DNA of 50,145 bases from Polaromonas sp. (GTDB lineage: Bacteria > Pseudomonadota > Gammaproteobacteria > Burkholderiales > Burkholderiaceae_C). Location: NCBI GenBank assembly GCA_043769005.1, contig JAYVJV010000050.1, positions 1-50,145 on the forward strand, read 5' to 3'. Positions 40,471 to 47,754 of the stretch are shown here, piece after piece. The notes beneath the pieces were generated by a model, which was given only the letters and a program-made list of their open reading frames with translations, searched no databases and had not been told where the DNA came from. Within the stretch, counting starts at the first letter, position 1, and each line of letters opens with the position of its first letter. The translations under genes and the position numbers were made by a program.

Positions 40471-40770
40471 ATGGCATCTACCAAGCCCAAGAAAAAGAAC
40501 CCGCGCCTGGCGTCGGGCCGCAAACGCGTTCGCCAGGACGTGAAAATCAACGCAGCCAATACCTCGCTGCGCTCCAAATACCGCACTGCGGTGAAGAACG
40601 TGGAAAAAGCTGTTGTCGCTGGCGACAAGGCTAAGGCTACCGAACTCTTTGCCAAGGCGCAAGCCATTGTGGACACCGTTGCCGACAAAGGCATCTTCCA
40701 CAAAAACAAGGCCGCTCGCGATAAGAGCCGCCTGTCTGCCAAGGTGAAAGCCTTGGCTCTGGCGAAATAA
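40471..40770 (+). CDS. rpsT: 30S ribosomal protein S20
   Basis: 99 aa, basic. [22 protein letters not shown]...[16 protein letters not shown]. Confidence 0.93.
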   Translation: MASTKPKKKNPRLASGRKRVRQDVKINAANTSLRSKYRTAVKNVEKAVVAGDKAKATELFAKAQAIVDTVADKGIFHKNKAARDKSRLSAKVKALALAK

Positions 40771-40862
40771 ACCGCCACCAACCCAAGCCCTGGCGGGAGT
40801 GACATAGCTTCACACTGCCAGCCGTTTGATCCGGGTGCGCTGATCAGCAAAGAAAAGAAGTT

Positions 40863-40888
40863 AAAACGCCGTCGCAAGACGGCGTTTT
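40863..40888 (+). terminator. Rho-independent terminator of rpsT
   Basis: AAAACGCCGTC-GCAA-GACGGCGTTTT. Confidence 0.8.
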
Positions 40889-41055
40889 GCTTGGGTAAAA
40901 GGCAAATTAAAGGACGAAATCATCCCGGCAAACAATAAGTGTTCGATGTTGTACACTTATGTGTTTAACTTCGGCTAATGCAGCTTTTTAGCGTTAATTA
41001 CTGAGAACGCTAGGGCGCTGATTTGCGCGTGCACACATCCCTTGAGTTCCTCCCT

Positions 41056-42075
41056 ATGATCATCAACTTGCCATGGAGTCGACAGCAAATTGTTGTCCTG
41101 GCTTCGTTAACTCAAATCAACAAGCTTTACCAGTTGCTTGGGGAGAAGGCTGCTGTACAAATTCATATGAGTACGGCCGCCCTCAAGGAACAGGCCAGCC
41201 ATCATGGTGGGCGCATTTTTCCCAGCGCCAGTCATCAGGTGCTCGCGGTATTTGGCAGCCCACGCAAGGCGCTGGACTGGATCGAACAGATACCCACCGA
41301 TCTGCTCGCCCTGCAGGCCAGCCTTGAAAGAACACCCTTTGCGCCCACCGTCGTTGTAGCCTTTGATTGCGCTGATACCAATGAAATTGAAGGCGATCTA
41401 CATTCGACAGCCCTACCTCGCCTGGAACGCCTATTGTGGGGACGCAGTGACGAAATCGTATTTTTAGACAGCGTCATCCCCGTCCTGCCCGATGAGCTCA
41501 AAGGCCGCGTGACGCGTGTTCCCGCACCCCAAGAGCTGGGAGCCGCTTGGCGTGTAGGTATCAAAGAAGCCTCCATCATGTCCTCAGCCATGGCGACCCA
41601 GCCCCGGCGGGCTGACCCGGCCAATGCCACCACCTCCAACATGACCGCCAGCACCACCATTGCACGTCATATTTTGCGTCTGGAGATGCTGGACAGAAAA
41701 ATTGAGCTCGATGGCCATGACCAACCGCTGATTGTGGGCCGCAATGTGACCGACGGCATGTCTATTCCCGACCCCCGCGTGTCCCGTGTCCACGCACGCA
41801 TTGAACCGCGCGGCGATCATTTTGCGGTGATTGACCTGTCCAGTAACGGCACCTGGGTGCAGTTTAACAATCAGCCTGCATCTGTAGAGTTACGCCAGCA
41901 GGAATGCCTGCTGCGTGGCAATGGCGTACTGAGCTTTGGTGCCGAACCGAACGATTTTTCAGCCCCCACAGTCGGTTTTTCTGTAGCAGTCTCCACGGGC
42001 TCGGGCAATACGGCCTTCAGCACCTTAGGACTGGACAGTATGGTCACGCGCCAAGCCGGTTTACCCAATTCTTAA
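41056..42075 (+). CDS. FHA-domain protein with a degenerate class III cyclase-like N-terminal domain
   Basis: C-terminal FHA domain (LIVGRN...RVSRVHARIE...FAVIDLSSNGTWV). The N-terminal ~170 aa show a cyclase-homology-like pattern (GGRIF...HQVLAVFGSPRKAL) without the metal-binding Asp pair. Confidence 0.65.
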   Translation: MIINLPWSRQQIVVLASLTQINKLYQLLGEKAAVQIHMSTAALKEQASHHGGRIFPSASHQVLAVFGSPRKALDWIEQIPTDLLALQASLERTPFAPTVVVAFDCADTNEIEGDLHSTALPRLERLLWGRSDEIVFLDSVIPVLPDELKGRVTRVPAPQELGAAWRVGIKEASIMSSAMATQPRRADPANATTSNMTASTTIARHILRLEMLDRKIELDGHDQPLIVGRNVTDGMSIPDPRVSRVHARIEPRGDHFAVIDLSSNGTWVQFNNQPASVELRQQECLLRGNGVLSFGAEPNDFSAPTVGFSVAVSTGSGNTAFSTLGLDSMVTRQAGLPNS

Positions 42076-42377
42076 TCCTTGAGCAAGCAGGCCTCCACCA
42101 CATGGAGTTCGTTGTCTCGCGCAAAATTCATCACAAAATCCCAGGCCATGGGCTCGGCATCACGCAGATCGTGGTGTACCACAACGCATTTCAAATCTCC
42201 CACATTGGTGGGCAGACACCATTGCGAGTAGCTTAAATGCGATCCCGGTACCGCACCACCCGGGCGAAACTGGCTCATCACACCGCACAAACGTTCAGAC
42301 CAGTCGCTGGGGCGAAAGGTTTTGCCATCTTTGGTGATGCCTTGGATAAAGACTTGTTTGGAGCTGAGGGTCGCCAT
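42072..42377 (-). CDS. DUF3579-family protein
   Basis: KDGKTFRPSDWSERLCG...SYSQWC, about 100 aa. Start at ATG 42377. Confidence 0.65.
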   Translation of the reverse strand: MATLSSKQVFIQGITKDGKTFRPSDWSERLCGVMSQFRPGGAVPGSHLSYSQWCLPTNVGDLKCVVVHHDLRDAEPMAWDFVMNFARDNELHVVEACLLKD

Positions 42378-42635
42378 AGTGTTCTGGACATAGGCAGGCA
42401 CCAGGATCGCCAGGACTGCATTGCGCAAGTATTCTATCTTATATAAGACTTAATCACTGGTTAACCCTTGCTCGATATTTAGACTGTATCTAAACGACCG
42501 CGCATCACTGCCATGCAAAAGCATCGAGAACAAGGCGATCCACAGGCATGCGCAGCGCCTAAAATCAGCTTGTATCGGCTCCAACCAAAGATTGGGCTGT
42601 TTTGTTTTAACGCTCTTGTATTTGGACTCTTCATT

Positions 42636-43841
42636 ATGACCTCTCCCGCTGTCGCCGCCTCCGTCCAACCCCATGTGATGAACACCTATGGCCGTGTGCC
42701 CATCACGCTGTCGCACGGCCAGGGCTGCCGCGTGTGGGACGTGAATGGCAAGTCCTACCTGGACGCACTGGGCGGCATTGCCGTCAACACCCTGGGCCAC
42801 AACCACGCAAAACTGGTGCCCGCGCTGCAAGACCAGATCAGCAAAATCATCCACTCCAGCAACTACTACTACTGCCCCAACGCCGAAAAGTTGGCGGCCA
42901 AACTGGTGGAGTTCAGTGGCATGACGAATGTATTTTTTTGCTCCACGGGCCTGGAGGCCAACGAGGCGGCGCTCAAGCTGGCGCGTAAGTTTGGCCACGA
43001 CAAGGGCATTGAGCGCCCCGAGATTGTGGTGTACGACAAAGCCTTCCATGGCCGCAGCATCGCCACTCTCTCAGCCACTGGCAACGAGAAAATTCAAAAA
43101 GGCTTTGGCCCCTTGGTGGGCGGCTTCATCCGCGTGCCAGTCAACAACATGGAGGCGCTCAAAAAGGCCACCGAGGGCAATAACAACGTGGTGGCCGTTT
43201 TCTTTGAAGCCATCCAGGGCGAAGGCGGGGTAAACCCCTTCCACATGGACTACCTGCGTGATGTGCGCAAGCTGTGCGACGAGCGCGACTGGCTGCTGAT
43301 GATTGACGAGGTGCAATGCGGCATGGGCCGCACCGGCAAGTGGTTTGCCCACCAGTGGGCGGGCATCAAACCCGATGTGATGCCGCTGGCCAAGGGCCTG
43401 GGCTCAGGCGTGCCCATTGGCGCGGTAGTGGCAGGCCCCAAGGCCGCGAACATTTTTGCCCCCGGCAACCACGGCACCACCTTCGGCGGCAACCCCCTGG
43501 CCATGCGCGCTGGGGTGGAGACCATCCGCATCATGGAAGAAGACGACTTGCTGGAAAACGCTTTTTTGGTAGGCGGCTACTTCAAAGCCGCGCTGAAGCG
43601 CGAGCTGGCAGGTGTGGCTGGCATCAAAGAAATTCGCGGCAGCGGCCTGATGCTAGGCGTAGAGCTTGCCAAGCCCTGCTCTGCCTTGGTAGGCCGCGCA
43701 GCCGAAGCTGGCCTGCTCATCAGCGTGACCTCCGACACCGTGGTGCGTATGGTGCCACCGCTGATATTGACCCAAGCCGAAGTGGATGAAATGGTGGGTA
43801 TATTGGTGCCTTTGATCAAGGCTATATTGCTGGAAGCCTAA
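42636..43841 (+). CDS. argD: Acetylornithine aminotransferase (class III PLP aminotransferase)
   Basis: VMNTYGRVP..., SGLEANEAALKLAR, DEVQCGMGRTGK (PLP-Lys region) and TFGGNPLA. Start at ATG 42636. Confidence 0.88.
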   Translation: MTSPAVAASVQPHVMNTYGRVPITLSHGQGCRVWDVNGKSYLDALGGIAVNTLGHNHAKLVPALQDQISKIIHSSNYYYCPNAEKLAAKLVEFSGMTNVFFCSTGLEANEAALKLARKFGHDKGIERPEIVVYDKAFHGRSIATLSATGNEKIQKGFGPLVGGFIRVPVNNMEALKKATEGNNNVVAVFFEAIQGEGGVNPFHMDYLRDVRKLCDERDWLLMIDEVQCGMGRTGKWFAHQWAGIKPDVMPLAKGLGSGVPIGAVVAGPKAANIFAPGNHGTTFGGNPLAMRAGVETIRIMEEDDLLENAFLVGGYFKAALKRELAGVAGIKEIRGSGLMLGVELAKPCSALVGRAAEAGLLISVTSDTVVRMVPPLILTQAEVDEMVGILVPLIKAILLEA

Positions 43842-43857
43842 AACTGGGGGAAATACA

Positions 43858-44090
43858 TTTTTTGAACGCAGAGGGCGCGAAGATTTCGCAGAGAGCGCAG
43901 AAAAGAAATACAAAAATAAAACCAAAAAATTTTAAAAAAGCTTGTTCCTAGTTGAGCTGTTTTATTTTTTCTTTTTTTATTTCTATCTCTATTTTTATTT
44001 TTTGCTTTCTATTTTTGTCTTCTTTTGTCTCTTTTTCTTTCCCCTTTCTGCGTTCTCTGCGAAATCTTCGCGCCCTCTGCGTTCAAAAAA
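43858..44090. mobile_element. Family B MITE-like long palindromic element, copy B2
   Basis: Terminal inverted repeats TTTTTTGAACGCAGAGGGCGCGAAGATTTCGCAGAGAGCGCAG and CTGCGTTCTCTGCGAAATCTTCGCGCCCTCTGCGTTCAAAAAA. The interior is AT-rich and polypyrimidine. An extra solo end, CGCGTTCAAAAACTC, lies at 44121-44135. Confidence 0.75.
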
Positions 44091-44167
44091 CTCTTCTCTC
44101 TTCCCATTAGGCACTCCCCCCGCGTTCAAAAACTCTTCGGTATTCCCCTGCGAATAACCAAACACCT

Positions 44168-45100
44168 ATGAAACACTACCTCCAGTTCAACGACCTTACC
44201 GCCGACGAATACCAGCATGTTTTCGCCCGTGCCACCGAGATCAAGCGCAAGTTCAAGGCGTATGAAAAATACCACCCGCTGGCCGACCGCACGCTGGCGA
44301 TGATTTTTGAGAAGGCCTCTACCCGTACCCGCGTGAGCTTTGAGGCTGGCATGTACCAGCTGGGCGGCAGCGTGGTGCACCTCACCACCGAGGGCAGCCA
44401 GCTGGGCCGCGCCGAGCCCATTGAAGACAGCGCCAAGGTGATTAGCCGCATGGTGGACATCGTGATGATCCGCACCTTTGAGCAAACCAAGATCGAGGCC
44501 TTTGCCGCGCACAGCCGCGTGCCCGTCATCAACGGCCTGACCAACGAGTTTCACCCCTGCCAGATCCTGGCCGACATCTTCACCTTTGAAGAGCAGCGCG
44601 GCTCCATCAAAGGCAAAACCGTGGCCTGGGTGGGCGATGGCAACAACATGGCCAACACCTGGCTGCAAGCTGCCGCCATCCTGGGATTCAAGGTCAACGT
44701 GAGCACTCCGCGCGGCTACGAGATAGACCCCAAATTATTAGGCAATTTAGGCTTAAGCCCAATAAAGAGTAGCGCAAGCAGCTACCAATTTTATAGCAAT
44801 CCAATGGATGCCTGCAAGCATGCCCACCTGGTCACCACCGATGTCTGGACCAGCATGGGCTTTGAGGCCGAGAATGCCGTGCGCAAGCTGGCCTTTAACG
44901 ACTGGTGTGTAGACCAGGAGATGATGCGCGCCGCCCAGCCAGATGCCCTGTTCATGCACTGCCTGCCCGCGCATCGCGGTGAAGAAGTTGAGGCTGCGGT
45001 CATCGACGGCCCGCAGTCGGTGGTGTGGGACGAGGCGGAAAACCGCATGCATGTGCAAAAGGCGTTGATGGAGTATTTGCTGCTGGGCAAGGTGCCATAG
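44168..45100 (+). CDS. argF: Ornithine carbamoyltransferase
   Basis: STRTR carbamoyl-phosphate motif, HPCQ, DVWTSMG and HCLPAHRGEE. Confidence 0.95.
   Translation: MKHYLQFNDLTADEYQHVFARATEIKRKFKAYEKYHPLADRTLAMIFEKASTRTRVSFEAGMYQLGGSVVHLTTEGSQLGRAEPIEDSAKVISRMVDIVMIRTFEQTKIEAFAAHSRVPVINGLTNEFHPCQILADIFTFEEQRGSIKGKTVAWVGDGNNMANTWLQAAAILGFKVNVSTPRGYEIDPKLLGNLGLSPIKSSASSYQFYSNPMDACKHAHLVTTDVWTSMGFEAENAVRKLAFNDWCVDQEMMRAAQPDALFMHCLPAHRGEEVEAAVIDGPQSVVWDEAENRMHVQKALMEYLLLGKVP
44741..44797 (-). repeat. Family A short dispersed repeat, copy A9 (inside argF)
   Basis: The reverse complement reads GCTATAAAATTGGTAGCTGCTTGCGCTACTCTTTATTGGGCTTAAGCCTAAATTGCC. Read on the plus strand as GNLGLSPIKSSASSYQFYS. 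Confidence 0.75.
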
Positions 45101-45254
45101 CCCGCGCAAAAGCTATCGCACGTTCGCCACGCGAATTGCAACCCACATTGCAAACTGGCCAGCCGTGTTGAAAAATGCTTGCGGTACAGTGCATGCACCA
45201 TAAATTACTGTAAAGTGATCTATCTCTTCATCAACCCACCCAGAAAGCCAAACC

Positions 45255-45563
45255 ATGAAAGTTACCGCCCTCTGTCTTTGCGTTTTTGCTGCGTGCACGT
45301 TCGCATCAGTTGTTCACGCCGCCCCGCAAGGCGAAAAAATGAAGGCCTGTAGCGCAACAGCCAAAGCCCAGGATCTCAAGGGCGATGCGCGCAAAGCACA
45401 CATGAAAACCTGCCTCAAGGGTACCCCCGAAGAGCAGGCCGCATCGGCTGCCAAAAAAGCCGAGAAAAAAACCAAGGTAACCGCCTGCAGGGCCAGTGCC
45501 AAAGAACAGGGCCTCACAGGAGCCGAGCGCAAAGCGCAGGTCAAAGCCTGCCTGAAAGCATAA
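45255..45563 (+). CDS. psiF: PsiF-repeat protein (phosphate starvation-inducible family)
   Basis: Signal peptide plus two PsiF-type repeats (KACSATAKAQDLKGDARKAHMKTCLK and TACRASAKEQGLTGAERKAQVKACLK). Confidence 0.8.
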   Translation: MKVTALCLCVFAACTFASVVHAAPQGEKMKACSATAKAQDLKGDARKAHMKTCLKGTPEEQAASAAKKAEKKTKVTACRASAKEQGLTGAERKAQVKACLKA

Positions 45564-45568
45564 AACCC

Positions 45569-47485
45569 ATGGCCAAAGACTTCAGCACCTTAGAGGACAG
45601 CAACCGCTCGCCCAATCCTGGCATTCACAGCGTCAGCCATCCCACGCGCCGCACGCTGTTGCAGGTGGGTGCTGGTGGCGCGGCCAGTGCCCTGCTGGCC
45701 CCGCTGTTGGCGGGCTGCGCCCAGCAAGCCCACGCGGTTCCGCGCATTGGTTTTAAAGGCATTCCCGCCAACCTCACCGACCGCCTGGTGGTGCCCGAAG
45801 GGTATGTAGCCAGCGCGCTGGCGCAGTGGGGCGAGCCCATTGGTGTGCCCGGCAACATGCCCGCCTTCAAAATAGATGCCAGCAACAGTGCGGCAGACCA
45901 AGCCGTGCAAATGGGCATGCACCACGACGGCCTGCATTTCTATGCCTTGCCCGGCACGCAGCGCGGCCTGCTGGTGATGAACCACGAGTATGTAGACGAC
46001 GGCCTGCTGCACAGCGATGGCCTGAAAACCTGGACCGCAGAGAAGGTCAAAAAATCCCAGGCCGCACACGGCATCAGCGTGATTGAGGTCATGCAAAAAG
46101 GCCAGCGCTGGGAGATGGTGCGCCCCTCCCCGCTAGCGCGCCGCATTACGGCAAATACGCCATTTGCAGTGCAAGGCCCGGCGGCGGGCCACGCCATGAT
46201 GCGCACGGCGGCCGACCCTGCTGGCCGCACGGTGCTGGGCACCATCAACAACTGCGCCTCGGGCAAAACGCCCTGGGGCACTTACCTGAGTGGTGAAGAA
46301 AACTTTCGCTTTTACTTTGGCGGGGTAGACCAGCCCGATGCCCACCAAAAACGCTGGGGCCTGGGCAAAACCGCCTTCTTTGGCTGGCCCGCACACGACG
46401 AACGCTTTAACGCCAGCAAGCACCCCAACGAATTCAACCGATTTGGCTGGGTGGTAGAAGTAGACCCGATGGACCCCACCAGCACCCCCATCAAGCGCAC
46501 CGCCCTGGGCCGCGCCGCGCACGAAGGCGCGTGGGTAGCCGTCACCAAAGACAAGCGCGCGGTGGTCTACAGCGGCGAAGACGCGCGCAACGAATACATC
46601 TATAAATTTGTCAGCAGGGGCAGCATCCAGAGCGCAGGCAATGGCCTGACGCAGGCTCAGGCCAACCGTGAGTTGCTAGACCACGGCACGCTGTACGTGG
46701 CCCGCTTTGATGCCAACGGCACGGGCGTGTGGCTGCCACTGCTGCACGGCCAAGGCCCCTTGACAGCCGCCAACGGCTTTGCCGATCAGGGTGAGGTGCT
46801 CATCAAAGCCCGCCAGGCCAGCGATGCGCTGGCCGCCACCCCCATGGACCGCCCCGAGTGGCTGGCGATTGACGAGAAAAACGGCTGGGTGTATTGCACC
46901 CTCACCAACAACAGCAGCCGGGGCACCAGCGGCAATTTGGCAGCAGACGCCGCCAACCCACGCGCCAATAATGTGATGGGCCACATCATCCGCTGGAAGG
47001 AGCAAGACGACTTTGATGGCACGCGTTTTGTGTGGAACCATCTGGTGCTGGCGGGCGACGCAGCGCAGGTGCGTCCCGAGGCCAAAGGCAACATCAAAGG
47101 TGACCTGTACGCCTGCCCGGATGGCCTGAGCTTTGACGCGCACGGCACGCTGTGGATTCAAACCGATATGCACGCCAGCCAGATGTACAAGGGCGAGCTG
47201 GTCAACCTGGGCAGCAACCAAATGCTGGCCTGCGACACGGCCACGGGCGAGACGCGCCGCTTTCTCACCGGCCCTGTGAACTGCGAGGTAACTGGCTGCG
47301 CCTGGACACCGGACGGACGCACCCTGTTCATCAACATCCAGCACCCCGGTGAAAGCGCCTCAGACCGCAGCGACCCTGCCGCACCCGCCAAGTTCTCCAA
47401 CTGGCCCGACTACGCACCCGGCGGCAGACCCCGCTCGTCTACGGTGGTGATTCGCAAGGTGGATGGGGGGGTGATTGGGACTTAG
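45569..47485 (+). CDS. phoX: PhoX-family (DUF839) secreted alkaline phosphatase
   Basis: Tat-type signal TRRTLLQVGAGGAA. Beta-propeller PhoX motifs NNCASGKTPWGTYLSGEEN and RPEW. Ends with the FINIQHPGE region. Confidence 0.85.
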   Translation: MAKDFSTLEDSNRSPNPGIHSVSHPTRRTLLQVGAGGAASALLAPLLAGCAQQAHAVPRIGFKGIPANLTDRLVVPEGYVASALAQWGEPIGVPGNMPAFKIDASNSAADQAVQMGMHHDGLHFYALPGTQRGLLVMNHEYVDDGLLHSDGLKTWTAEKVKKSQAAHGISVIEVMQKGQRWEMVRPSPLARRITANTPFAVQGPAAGHAMMRTAADPAGRTVLGTINNCASGKTPWGTYLSGEENFRFYFGGVDQPDAHQKRWGLGKTAFFGWPAHDERFNASKHPNEFNRFGWVVEVDPMDPTSTPIKRTALGRAAHEGAWVAVTKDKRAVVYSGEDARNEYIYKFVSRGSIQSAGNGLTQAQANRELLDHGTLYVARFDANGTGVWLPLLHGQGPLTAANGFADQGEVLIKARQASDALAATPMDRPEWLAIDEKNGWVYCTLTNNSSRGTSGNLAADAANPRANNVMGHIIRWKEQDDFDGTRFVWNHLVLAGDAAQVRPEAKGNIKGDLYACPDGLSFDAHGTLWIQTDMHASQMYKGELVNLGSNQMLACDTATGETRRFLTGPVNCEVTGCAWTPDGRTLFINIQHPGESASDRSDPAAPAKFSNWPDYAPGGRPRSSTVVIRKVDGGVIGT

Positions 47486-47588
47486 GTTTTGCCTTCGGTT
47501 GGTTTGTATGTTCCGATCGGTTGTATGCTTCGGAGGTTTTTTTGCGTTCAGATGGTTTGATGCCCCGGCACTTGGGGTGATTGGCTAC

Positions 47589-47635
47589 GCGGCTGTCCTC
47601 CGTGGCGGTCTATGATCGCCACGGAGGATAGCCGC
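47589..47635. repeat. Long GC-rich hairpin (19-bp stem, one mismatch)
   Basis: GCGGCTGTCCTCCGTGGCG, 9-nt loop, CGCCACGGAGGATAGCCGC. Lies between convergent phoX and ntrC, with no flanking T-run. Confidence 0.6.
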
Positions 47636-47658
47636 AGAGCCAAGTGCGCCGCTCGCCA

Positions 47659-47750
47659 GATCCCGTGATGAGCCAGAGACTAATCCCGCAATGATCCCGT
47701 GATACGCCAGACCAATCCCGTAAATGATCCGGTGATGCCTCGCCCACCAG
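47659..47750. repeat. About 2.7 tandem copies of a 33-34 bp unit
   Basis: GATCCCGTGATGAGCCAGAGACTAATCCCGCAAT, then GATCCCGTGATACGCCAGACCAATCCCGTAAAT, then GATCCGGTGATGCC... Lies immediately 3' of the ntrC stop. Confidence 0.6.
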
Positions 47751-47754
47751 CGCC

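Noticed and set aside
45195-45225. Pho-box-like ACTGTAAAGTGATCTATCTC upstream of psiF-phoX.
   Set aside because: It is only a weak match to the CTGTCAT-N4-CTGTCAT type repeat. It is plausible given the Pho-regulon genes downstream, but the sequence alone does not support it.
47659-47750. Considered whether the tandem repeat could be a CRISPR array.
   Set aside because: There are fewer than three contiguous units, no unique spacers, and no cas genes. This is a simple tandem duplication.
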